Positions 53,397-62,227 of a stretch of DNA of 64,000 bases are shown piece after piece. Location of the stretch: assembly GCA_035544915.1 (NCBI GenBank), contig DASZZO010000053.1, positions 373 through 64,372 on the forward strand, written 5' to 3'. The notes below the pieces were generated by a model. The model saw only the letters and a list, made by a program, of their open reading frames with translations, ran no database searches and was not told where the DNA came from. The first letter of the stretch is position 1; every line of letters begins with the position of its first letter. The position numbers and the translations under genes were made by a program. Source of the DNA: Gemmatimonadaceae bacterium. Its GTDB lineage: Bacteria; Gemmatimonadota; Gemmatimonadetes; Gemmatimonadales; Gemmatimonadaceae.

Positions 53397-54710
53397 CTAA
53401 TGGAATGGCGGCGGAGGGCGCCAGTTTGCCAGCCGGCCGCCTCGAACGAGCTCACGCCCGGCCACAAGCACCAGAACTGCGGGCATGATCGGCGCCCCCG
53501 CCGCGCGCGCATCCCGGTCGGCTGGGCGCGGAGTGTGGCTTCGAGGCAGCGGAAACACCGCGATGTCGGCCTGCTTGCCTGCCTCCAGTGAGCCGATCCG
53601 GTCGTCCAACCCCAGTGCGCGAGCGCCGCCAAGCGTGGCGAGCTCCAGTGCTCCGCGGTGATCACCGTGGCCGGGCGCGACACCGCCGGCAAGGGCGAAT
53701 CCGGCAGCAAGCAGCGATTCGTGCCAGACGTCCATGCGGTCGTTGCTCGCCATGGAATCGGTGCCGACACCCACGCGGACGCCGGCGGCGAGCAGGTCGC
53801 CCACTGGCGCGGCCCCATGCGCGAAGAAACGATTGGACACCGGACATGTCGCGACGCCGCAGCCCGTCCCGGCAATCGTCGCGATGTCCTCCGCGTCTGC
53901 GCGCACGCAATGAATCAGGAGTGCGTTCCGGCCGAGCACGTCGCACTCCTTCAGGAGCGCTACGGGGGTTCGAGCACGCGGACTCACGGAGATGCCGCGC
54001 CCACGCAGGAACTCCGCGAACGGCCCTTCTCCTCCCCCCACGAGCCGTGACTCGTCCGCACTCTCGGCGATGTGTGTCGCAAGAGGGAGCTGCTGCGCGC
54101 GGGCAAAGTCCGCAACCGCACGATAAAGCGCGTCGCTCACCGAATAGGGCGCATGCGGCGAGACGCCGACGCCGACGAAGCGCGTTTCGCGCGCGCGCAT
54201 CGCGGCGACATTGCGCCTGAGCTCGCTGAGCGCCGCCTCACACTTCGCGGGATCGGGGCCGAACACCTCGCGGTAGGCGATTCCGCGCACGCCCAGCTCG
54301 AGCATTGCACCGAGCGGCGCATCGGATGGCGCCGTATCAGCGTACGTCGTGATCCCCGCCTGGAGTCCCTCGCGCACACCGAGGCGCGCGCTGTCGAGCT
54401 GCTCCCCTGGCGTGAGCCGGTCCCGCGCTGCGACGAGTCCGCGAATCCAGTCGAAGAACGTGAGCCCCTGCGGCAACCCCCGCAGGACCGTGAGGTCGAG
54501 ATGCGTGTGCGTGTTGACGAGGCCGGGGGTGATGACAGCATCGCCGAGCTCGACATCGCGTGCGAGGGGCGCGCCTGCGCGCGGACCCACGTAGGTGATG
54601 CGATCCATCTCGACGACGACGGTCCCGTCTTCGATCGGCGGCGCCGAGACGGGCAGCACCCAGCGCGCGTGATACCGTGCCCGATATTGTCGCTCCGGCC
54701 GCTCGGTCAC
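53397..54710 (-). CDS. Amidohydrolase-family protein (chlorohydrolase / deaminase-like)
   Basis: PGLVNTHTHLDLT (HxH metal site), HIAES, LLIHCV and GTDS are the metal-ligand pattern of amidohydrolase family 1. GTG start. Confidence 0.8.
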   Translation of the reverse strand: MTERPERQYRARYHARWVLPVSAPPIEDGTVVVEMDRITYVGPRAGAPLARDVELGDAVITPGLVNTHTHLDLTVLRGLPQGLTFFDWIRGLVAARDRLTPGEQLDSARLGVREGLQAGITTYADTAPSDAPLGAMLELGVRGIAYREVFGPDPAKCEAALSELRRNVAAMRARETRFVGVGVSPHAPYSVSDALYRAVADFARAQQLPLATHIAESADESRLVGGGEGPFAEFLRGRGISVSPRARTPVALLKECDVLGRNALLIHCVRADAEDIATIAGTGCGVATCPVSNRFFAHGAAPVGDLLAAGVRVGVGTDSMASNDRMDVWHESLLAAGFALAGGVAPGHGDHRGALELATLGGARALGLDDRIGSLEAGKQADIAVFPLPRSHTPRPADRDARAAGAPIMPAVLVLVAGRELVRGGRLANWRPPPPFH

Positions 54711-54751
54711 CGCGCTCAGCTCACGACCGGTCGCTCACCGCGTTGCGTGCC

Positions 54752-56875
54752 TCACGGACTTCGTCCGCCCGGACCTGGTGGCCGGCTGGGGCACTCTCTC
54801 GTGGGCTCGGTGCCTGGAATGAAGTACTCGGTGTACGCGTCCTCCGCCGGGCACTGCGGTCCATGAAGCAGGCCGGTGGGCGCATCAATGACACGTGAGA
54901 TGATTCCGCCAGGACGAGGCCAGTCGGGTGGCGGCGGCTTTCTTTCGTACACCTCACGCATGAACGCCGTCCACGCCGGCGCGGCGAGGCGGCCGCCCTG
55001 TGCGTTGGACATGATCTTCTGCGGCTTGTCGAATCCCATCCAGACACCGGCGACCAGATCCGCTGTGTAGCCGATGAACCACACATCGCCACCGTCGTTC
55101 GTCGTGCCCGTCTTGCCACCGGCGGGCAGATGGAAGTATTGGCCCACGCTTGCGGCGGCCGTGCCCTTCCGGATGACGTCCTTCATCATGTCCACCATGA
55201 GCCACGCCTCTTCGCGCGAGAGCACCTGGTCAATGGAGGGCTCGGGCTTCCATACCACGTCCCCGTTCTCGTTCTCGACCTTGATGATGGGCATTGGCGA
55301 CACGCGCCAGCCCAGGTTCGCGAAGACCGAGTAGGCGGCGATCATCTCCACCGGGTAGACGTCCGCCGACCCGATGTGAATCGAAGGATACGGCGGCACG
55401 GGCGTCGTAATGCCGAACCGCTTCGCCATTTCCACTACGCTGTGCTCCCCCACCTCCATGCCGACGCGAATCGCGATGATGTTCCGGGAGTCGTAGAACC
55501 CGTGCCGCATCGTCATGGGCCCGAGGAACTTCAGGTCGAAGTTCTGTGGAATCCACGGCCTGTTCGCATCCAGCTGGGGGAATTCAATTGGCGAGTCGTC
55601 CACGATGTAGCTCGGCGGCCGCCCGCTCTGGATGGCGGTCGCATAGACGATGGGCTTGAACGTCGAGCCGGGCTGGCGGAGCGCCTGCGTGGCGCGGTCG
55701 AACTTGGAATCTTCAAAGTCGCGCCCTCCGACGAGCGCGCGCAGCGCACCCGTGCGCGGATCGAGGGCGACGAATGCCCCCTGCATATAGGGCGATACCA
55801 CGTTGTCTTCCTGCAGCGGGGACGACGCGCGCGCCAGGAACTGTTCGTACGTGCGGTGTGGAAACGGACCGGCATGCCCGTTCTCGACGGCCCGCAGCTG
55901 CCTGTCGAGCGCCCGCTCCGCGGAGCCCTGCAGGTCGAGGTCGAGCGTGGTGTAAACCTTGTATCCCTGTTCATAGAGCTGCTTGCCGAGCTTCTCGTCG
56001 AGCAGGCGGCGCACGTATTCCACAAAATACGGCGCGGTTTCGCCGGTGCCGCCACGGCGCTTGGCGAGGCGCAACGGGTAGGCGCGGGCCAGCGACGCAT
56101 CGGCCTCGCTGATGACCCCCGCGCGGCGAAGCAGCTCCAGCACGGTGTTCCGGCGCTGCACCGCGCGGTCGGGATAGCGCCGCGGATTGTAGCGCTCCGG
56201 TCCCTTTGGCAACGCCGCGAGCGTCGCGGCTTCTGCAAGGTTCAGCTCTCGCACGGACTTGCCGAAGTAGCGCTGGCTCGCCGTCTCCACGCCGTAGGCG
56301 CCATTGCCGAGATAGATCTGGTTCAGGTACAGCTCGAGAATGCGATCCTTGGAGTACTTGGCCTCGATGGCGAGTGCGACCTTGGCTTCGCGCACCTTGC
56401 GGCTCACCGTCTTCTCGCGCGCGTTCAACCGCTCGGGAAACAGGTTGCGCGCGAGCTGCATCGTGATGGTCGAGAAACCCTGCGCGATGCCGCCCGCGCG
56501 CAGATTCGCCACGCCCGAGCCGATGATGCGCCGGAGGTCGATGCCGCCATGACTGTAAAAGCGCTTGTCTTCCACGACAATGAACGCGTCTCGCACCTGC
56601 TGCGGGATCTTGTCGAGCTTGACCAGCGTCCTCCGTTCGAGTCCGAGCTCGGCAATGAAGCGGCCGTCGGCGGCGTAGAGGCGAGAAGTCTGGCGCGGCT
56701 GGAATCGTTCGAGGCCTGCGAGCGACGGGCACGCCTTGCCACTGCACGCGAACGCCCAGAGGAGGCCCGCCGCAACGCTGCCCAGGATGGCGAGGCCCGC
56801 ACAGACCGCCAGCACCAGGGAGATCCTGCGTTGACTCAGCGCCGAGAGCGAGAGCTTGAGTTGATTCAGCCGCAC
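54752..56875 (-). CDS. Penicillin-binding protein 1A (glycosyltransferase GT51 + transpeptidase)
   Basis: GT51 motifs EDKRFYSHGGID, GFSTITMQLARN and RKVREA. Transpeptidase motifs PGSTFKP and KTGTTND. N-terminal TM anchor. Confidence 0.9.
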   Translation of the reverse strand: MRLNQLKLSLSALSQRRISLVLAVCAGLAILGSVAAGLLWAFACSGKACPSLAGLERFQPRQTSRLYAADGRFIAELGLERRTLVKLDKIPQQVRDAFIVVEDKRFYSHGGIDLRRIIGSGVANLRAGGIAQGFSTITMQLARNLFPERLNAREKTVSRKVREAKVALAIEAKYSKDRILELYLNQIYLGNGAYGVETASQRYFGKSVRELNLAEAATLAALPKGPERYNPRRYPDRAVQRRNTVLELLRRAGVISEADASLARAYPLRLAKRRGGTGETAPYFVEYVRRLLDEKLGKQLYEQGYKVYTTLDLDLQGSAERALDRQLRAVENGHAGPFPHRTYEQFLARASSPLQEDNVVSPYMQGAFVALDPRTGALRALVGGRDFEDSKFDRATQALRQPGSTFKPIVYATAIQSGRPPSYIVDDSPIEFPQLDANRPWIPQNFDLKFLGPMTMRHGFYDSRNIIAIRVGMEVGEHSVVEMAKRFGITTPVPPYPSIHIGSADVYPVEMIAAYSVFANLGWRVSPMPIIKVENENGDVVWKPEPSIDQVLSREEAWLMVDMMKDVIRKGTAAASVGQYFHLPAGGKTGTTNDGGDVWFIGYTADLVAGVWMGFDKPQKIMSNAQGGRLAAPAWTAFMREVYERKPPPPDWPRPGGIISRVIDAPTGLLHGPQCPAEDAYTEYFIPGTEPTRECPSRPPGPGGRSP

Positions 56876-56909
56876 GAGCGGAAACTAGGGCGGTGCGGGA
56901 AGGCAGGCA

Positions 56910-56962
56910 ACGCGCGGCTGACGCGCGCGGCTGACGCGCGCGGCTGAGCGCGCGCGGCTGAC
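56910..56962. repeat. Four tandem copies of GCGCGGCTGA(C/G) (period 13-14 bp)
   Basis: Direct reading in the divergent PBP1A/tyrS spacer: ..cgcgcggctgac gcgcgcggctgac gcgcgcggctgag cgcgcgcggctgac.. Confidence 0.9.
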
Positions 56963-56992
56963 AGCGCGCCTCTCATCCGGTAGCTTTGCCGA

Positions 56993-58288
56993 ATGCCCAC
57001 CGCGAGTACCTCGTTTCTCGACGAGCTGAGTTGGCGGGGACTGCTCTACCAGCAGACCGACGGACTGGCGGCGCACCTCGCCAAGGCGCCGGTTGTGGCG
57101 TACTGCGGGTTCGATCCGACCGCGCCAAGCCTGCACATCGGGAACCTCGTTCCGGCGATGCTCCTCGTGCACGCGGCGCGCGCCGGCCACCGCGCCATCG
57201 CGCTCGTGGGAGGCGGCACGGCCATGATCGGCGATCCGTCCGGAAAGTCCGAGGAGCGCCCGCTGTCCAGCACCGGGACAATCGACGCGAACGCTGCGCG
57301 CATCCATGCGCAGCTCGAGCGTCTTTTCAGGTCGGCAGGGACGACGGGAGTCGCGATGGTCAACAACGCCGACTGGCTGCGCGAAATGCGGATGATCGAT
57401 TTCATGCGCGACGTCGGGAAACACTTTCCGATCAACTACATGCTGGCGAAGGATTCCGTGCAATCGCGGCTCGAGACGGGAATCTCCTATACGGAGTTCT
57501 CCTACATGCTGCTGCAGGCGTTCGACTTCCTGCAGCTGTACCGGAGCGAAGGCGTCACGCTGCAAGTGGGCGGCACGGACCAGTGGGGGAACATCACGGC
57601 GGGAATGGAGCTTGTGCGGCGCGCGGGGGGCGGCGAGGCGCACGTACTGACTGCACCGCTCGTCACCACGTCGAGCGGCAAGAAGTTCGGCAAGTCCGAA
57701 TCGAATGCCGTGTGGCTCGACCCGGAACTGACCTCGCCGTACCAGTTCTATCAGTTCTGGGTGAACACCGAGGACGCCGACGTGGGGCGATACCTGCGGA
57801 TGTTCACCTTCCGGTCGCAGGCGGAGATCGCGGGAATCGAGGCGGCGCACGCGGCGGCGCCGCACGAACGCCGGGCGCAACGGGAGCTTGCCCGCGACGT
57901 GACCAGCATGCTGCACGGCGTGGATGCGGCGCGCGTTGCCCTGGAGGTCTCGCGCGTGATCTTCGAGAAGAAGGCCAACCCTGTCGCCATCGACGATTAC
58001 ATCTACGAGACGCTGGCGGCAGAGATCCCGGGCGCGGAATACCCGGATGCTACCGAACTGAACGTGCTCGACCTGCTGGAGGACGCGTTCTCACTGTCGC
58101 GGAGCGCGGGACGCAAGCTCGTGCAGCAAGGCGGCATCACGGTGAACGGGCGCAAGCTCACCGGCGACGAGCTGACCGTGCCGCTGGAAAACGCGGTGCG
58201 AGGCCGGTGGTTTCTCGTCCGCAAGGGTGGCCGGGATATTGCACTCGCCGAAATCGGCGGACGACGAGCCACCGCTCCACGATTATGA
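56993..58288 (+). CDS. tyrS: Tyrosine--tRNA ligase
   Basis: YCGFDPTAPSLHIGNL (HIGH), GGTDQWGNI, KFGKSE (KMSKS variant) and a C-terminal S4-like domain. Confidence 0.95.
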   Translation: MPTASTSFLDELSWRGLLYQQTDGLAAHLAKAPVVAYCGFDPTAPSLHIGNLVPAMLLVHAARAGHRAIALVGGGTAMIGDPSGKSEERPLSSTGTIDANAARIHAQLERLFRSAGTTGVAMVNNADWLREMRMIDFMRDVGKHFPINYMLAKDSVQSRLETGISYTEFSYMLLQAFDFLQLYRSEGVTLQVGGTDQWGNITAGMELVRRAGGGEAHVLTAPLVTTSSGKKFGKSESNAVWLDPELTSPYQFYQFWVNTEDADVGRYLRMFTFRSQAEIAGIEAAHAAAPHERRAQRELARDVTSMLHGVDAARVALEVSRVIFEKKANPVAIDDYIYETLAAEIPGAEYPDATELNVLDLLEDAFSLSRSAGRKLVQQGGITVNGRKLTGDELTVPLENAVRGRWFLVRKGGRDIALAEIGGRRATAPRL

Positions 58289-58634
58289 ACGCGGGTCGTT
58301 GCAGCCCGTGACAATATCGATGTGACAGGAGTGCGGAGCCGGGAGTATCAAGTAGGCGGCAAGCGGGCCGGCGACGTGCGAATCGCGGACCGCCGGATTC
58401 GTTCAGAGCTGTTTGAAAATCCAGCGGTGCACCGGCGATCGCTTTCGCGAGCAGGCGAACGCTCGATGATGCAGTGGTGAGCGACTTCGAGGGCGCGCGA
58501 AACCGCAACCACGCAGCGATGAACGGGCTGGGGAGTGGCCGAAAGCTCTTCAACGCAACGAGGAACGGCCGCCAGGTGCGCAAACGTTCCTCGATGCAGC
58601 GGTGAACGGCCTCAAGGGCACGTGCAATGGCTAT

Positions 58635-59054
58635 CGAGGCACGTGCAGTCGCTACCGAGGCACATGAAGTGGGCGGCGAGGCATGCGAAGTGCGCGGGAA
58701 GGCACGAGCAATGAACGCCGAGGCACGCGAAACGGACGGTCAGGTTCGGGCAACGAACGGCGAGGCCCACCAACCAGACACCGCGGTCCGCGAAGCGGCC
58801 ACGAAGGCCCGCGAAGTGGCCACGAAGGCTCGCGAAGCAAGGGCCAAGGCACGCGAAACGAACGGCCAGGCGCGTGCACCGGGTAGCGAGGCTCTCTTAA
58901 CGAGTACCGAGGCTGGCGAAGTCGGCACGACGGCTCACGCAATGAGCACCGAGGCTCACGGAATGAGCACCGAGACAACAGCAACGCGCCCCGAGGCACC
59001 CGAAACGAACACCGAGGCAACAGCAACGCGCACGAGGCACCCGGAACGGTCCTG
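58635..59054. repeat. 20 x 21-bp strictly phased degenerate tandem repeat (consensus about CGAGGCNCGCGAANNGNNCAC)
   Basis: Hand-parsed units start at 58635 + 21n for n = 0..19 with no indel. CGAGGC or a one-mismatch variant heads most units. The array ends exactly at the aminotransferase stop (59055). Confidence 0.85.
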
Positions 59055-60206
59055 TCACTGCAAGAGCCCCAGGGCCACGTTGAACTCTTCGATCGTATTG
59101 TAGAAGTGCGGTGCCAGCCGGATGCACCCTTCGCGCACCGAGTGTGACACGCGCGCCGTTCTGAGCCGTTCGCTTGCCGCTGCGACGTTCCGTGTGCGAA
59201 ATGCAAACACCCCCGCGCGCCGGCCCGGTTCTCTCGGCGTCACAAGCGTCACCGCCGGTGTCGCATCCGCGAACGCGACCGCTCGATCGCCCAGCGCACG
59301 CACGTGCGCCGCGACCGCGCTGGTACCGAGTTCCAGGAACAGTCCCAGCGATTCCGACAAGCCGCGGAAGTTCACAAAGTCCAGGGTTACGACTTCGAAT
59401 CGCCGCGCATCGTCGTGCAGCGTTGGATCATATTCCAGGAATCGGCTGAAGTCGTCGCTTGCCGGCTGTGCCATCCATCCGACTTCCGCGGGCTCGAGCT
59501 TCGCCACCAGCTCATCGCGGACATATGCAAACCCCGTGCCCCATGGCGAGCAGAGCCACTTCTGCGCGCCGCACGACAGGATGTCGACGTTCGCCGCGAT
59601 GACGTCGAGCGCGAGTGGGCCGACACCCTGGATGGCGTCGACGAAGAACCAGATGCCGCGGGCGCGGCACGCGGCACCAATGGCCGCCAGATCGAACGCA
59701 TGTCCGCTCCAGTAGCTCACCCAGGACAGCGCAACGAGCTTCACGCGCGGATCGCCCTCGATGGCGCGCATGAGCGCCTCCTCGTCGGGCAGGTCGCCCG
59801 CGAGCGGGAGGAGCCGGAACTCGGCGCCGCGCGCGCGCGCGGCAGCCATCCAGGGATAGACGTTCGCGGGAAACTCGCCGTGCGTGGAGAGAATCACGTC
59901 GCCGGCGCCGAACGGAAGCGCGCGCGCGGCCAGGTTCACGCCGTGCGTGGTGTTCGTCATGAGCGCGATGCTCCTCGTGGCGGCGCCAATCAGTTGCGCA
60001 GCGCGCTCGCGGGCGCAGGCGAGCACGGGGAAAAAGTCTTCTCGCCGCAACCTGAACGGCTCCGCCCGCTTCGCGCCCAGCGTGGCGATCGCGGCGCGCG
60101 TGCACGCCGGGATGGGACCGGTGGACGCATGATCGAGATAGATGGACTCGCCGCGCTCCGCCCACGGAAACTCCCGCGCCCTGATCGCGCGAACGTCGTA
60201 ACTCAT
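59055..60206 (-). CDS. Class V aminotransferase-fold PLP enzyme (cysteine desulfurase / SufS-CsdA-like)
   Basis: ATG 60206 gives MSYDVRAIRAREFPW..IYLDHASTGP. 383 aa with ..SCGAQKWL.. as the PLP-lysine context. The start overlaps the upstream stop (ATGA). Confidence 0.8.
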   Translation of the reverse strand: MSYDVRAIRAREFPWAERGESIYLDHASTGPIPACTRAAIATLGAKRAEPFRLRREDFFPVLACARERAAQLIGAATRSIALMTNTTHGVNLAARALPFGAGDVILSTHGEFPANVYPWMAAARARGAEFRLLPLAGDLPDEEALMRAIEGDPRVKLVALSWVSYWSGHAFDLAAIGAACRARGIWFFVDAIQGVGPLALDVIAANVDILSCGAQKWLCSPWGTGFAYVRDELVAKLEPAEVGWMAQPASDDFSRFLEYDPTLHDDARRFEVVTLDFVNFRGLSESLGLFLELGTSAVAAHVRALGDRAVAFADATPAVTLVTPREPGRRAGVFAFRTRNVAAASERLRTARVSHSVREGCIRLAPHFYNTIEEFNVALGLLQ

Positions 60207-61120
60207 GGTTCCATCAATGCCGCCGGCGTGCCGGCCGGCTGGTGTTTCCAGCGGCGGTGCTGCCAGAAGTACTGTCCGGGATAGCGCCGCACCATGCGCT
60301 CCAGCGCTTCCGAGACGCGCGCGGTGATCGCGTCCGTATCGCGCTCGCGATCGTCCGAGCGCGACAGCGCAATTTCCTCGGCAACCCATTCATAGCGGCC
60401 GTCGCCAAGCCGCACCGCCTGACCATAGACGATGGGCGCGTCGAAGCGCAGGGCGAACACCGCAGCGCCGCGCGGCGTCTTGGCTGGCCGCCCGAAGAAC
60501 GGAACGAATGTCGAGGCGAGCCCGACGGTGGCCTGGTCCAACAGGATCCCGACTGCATGACCATCGCGCAGCACCCGGGGCACGCGCCGCACCGCGTCCT
60601 GGTCGTGCATGATATGCATGCCGAGGTGCTCGCGCGTGCGCCGGAAGAAGGCATCCGAGAGCGGATTCGCCATTCCCCGTGCGATCGCGTGGAGCGGCAC
60701 TCCGCGTGCTGCGATGTACGCACCGGAAAGTTCCCAGTTCCCGAGGTGGCCGGAGACGATGATCAGTCCTCGTCCGCGCGCGTGCGCGCGCTCGACGATG
60801 TCCCATCCGGGTGATGGACCGAATGCGTCGAGTACGGCGCTCGGACCACCTCGAGACCACAGGATCGCTTCGAGCGCCACCCGGCCGAGGTTTGTATACG
60901 ATTCGCGCGCAATGCGGCCGATGTCCTCCGGCCCCAGCTCCGGAAATGCGGCAGCGATCTGGCGCCGCACCACGCCGCGCCGGATTCCCAGCGGCGAGTA
61001 CGCGAGACGCGCGATGGCGCCGGCCACCCGTCCGGCCGCACGCGGGCCGAGCGGGGCGAGCGCGTCCGTGAAGCCGCGGAGAGCGGCATACTCGAGGCGG
61101 TGCGCGATGGTGGCAGCCAC
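60203..61120 (-). CDS. Lipid A biosynthesis (Kdo)2-lipid IVA acyltransferase family protein (LpxL/HtrB-like)
   Basis: IIVSGHLGNWELSG carries the HX4D/E acyltransferase motif context. Length and N-terminal pattern (LEYAALR..L..LP) are typical. GTG start. Confidence 0.8.
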   Translation of the reverse strand: MAATIAHRLEYAALRGFTDALAPLGPRAAGRVAGAIARLAYSPLGIRRGVVRRQIAAAFPELGPEDIGRIARESYTNLGRVALEAILWSRGGPSAVLDAFGPSPGWDIVERAHARGRGLIIVSGHLGNWELSGAYIAARGVPLHAIARGMANPLSDAFFRRTREHLGMHIMHDQDAVRRVPRVLRDGHAVGILLDQATVGLASTFVPFFGRPAKTPRGAAVFALRFDAPIVYGQAVRLGDGRYEWVAEEIALSRSDDRERDTDAITARVSEALERMVRRYPGQYFWQHRRWKHQPAGTPAALMEP

Positions 61121-61129
61121 GGGGGAAAA

Positions 61130-62209
61130 CTACACGCGCCACCGTGAGCGGTCGCGCGCGGTGGCGGCGACGCGTTCGTACCCTTCGGCCATAGCGGCGA
61201 GTGGCCAGCGCGCTGCGGCGCCCTGCGCCCCGCGCGCCAGCTGGCCGCGACGCGCGTCATTCGCGAGGAGATCGGCAAGGAGCGCCGCGTAACCCGCCGA
61301 GTCGAGGCCGCTCGTGAGGACGCCGGTCTCGCCGTCCGTGACCAGCGCGGCGGAAAGCACCGTGCGCTCGGCGATCACGGGAACGCCGGCGGCGAGGCAA
61401 TCGAGCATGCCAAAGGCGGCATCGTCAGCCTCGCAAAGCACGAGGCCAAGCTCGGCGGCCGCGATGCGTTGCTGCACCGCCTCGTGGTTCCGGCCGGCGT
61501 CCACGATGTCGACGATGTCGCCCATCCGAAGCGCCGCCGCATGAATCCGCAGCGCGTCCGCATCGATGGCCGGGCCCAGCAGGCTCACGCGCAGTTCCGG
61601 ATGCCGCGCGGCGAGGAGCGCCAGCGCGCCCAGCGCGAGCGACATCCGTTCGCGGCTCGGCGCGTCGTGCAGCACCACGACAGTTTGCACACCCCCCTCC
61701 CGCGGGGACGCCGCCACGGACGGCCGGCCCGCGATGCCGGGTGGCGCCACGGCCGGCTCCAATGCACCCGGCGGAGGCTTAGTGGCGCGGAGGTCGTGTT
61801 CGAGGGAAAAGAGGAACCCGGTCGCGGCAAGCCGCATGGCCAGCCGCGCATCGCCGCCCCTGGTGAGCTTCGCGAGCGGGGGGAGCCGGCGCACCACGGC
61901 GCCGCGATCGGCGAGCCGTACGGCCGCCGACGCCTCCAGCTCCTCCCGCTCGGAGTGGACGAACACCACCTCGACGAACTTCCGGCGCAACACGGGACGA
62001 AGCCGCCATCCCGCACGCATCCAGCCGCCGCCGGTGCGCAGCGTGATGACATCATGTGGTGTGGCCCGGAAGCGCCCTTCGACACTTCCCCCGCGGGCGC
62101 AGACGAGCGTGATCTCGTGATCCCTCGCGGCCAATGCGTCGGCCGCCTCGACAAAAGCGCGCGCACGCCCGGACCACTCCGCCTCGCCATGGTAGAAGCA
62201 GGCGCGCAC
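61130..62209 (-). CDS. Glycosyltransferase family 4 (GT-B, group 1)
   Basis: The C-terminal E..FG...L..LAAGVPVIA pattern is the EX7E-like region. 359 aa, sitting between LpxL-like and MsbA-like genes. GTG start. Confidence 0.7.
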   Translation of the reverse strand: MRACFYHGEAEWSGRARAFVEAADALAARDHEITLVCARGGSVEGRFRATPHDVITLRTGGGWMRAGWRLRPVLRRKFVEVVFVHSEREELEASAAVRLADRGAVVRRLPPLAKLTRGGDARLAMRLAATGFLFSLEHDLRATKPPPGALEPAVAPPGIAGRPSVAASPREGGVQTVVVLHDAPSRERMSLALGALALLAARHPELRVSLLGPAIDADALRIHAAALRMGDIVDIVDAGRNHEAVQQRIAAAELGLVLCEADDAAFGMLDCLAAGVPVIAERTVLSAALVTDGETGVLTSGLDSAGYAALLADLLANDARRGQLARGAQGAAARWPLAAMAEGYERVAATARDRSRWRV

Positions 62210-62227
62210 GCGTCGTCGAGGCCCCGG

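Noticed and set aside
58635-59054. CRISPR array interpretation of the 21-bp repeat region
   Set aside because: The units are contiguous, with no alternation of conserved repeats and unique spacers. The units are short and highly degenerate, and no cas genes are in the window.
58627-59103. 158-aa heptad-repeat ORF as a confident protein gene
   Set aside because: Third-codon positions are not GC-biased like real genes here. There is no SD sequence, the ORF overlaps the convergent aminotransferase 3' end by 49 bp, and several other frames and the opposite strand are equally open. It is kept only as an alternative hypothesis in the findings.
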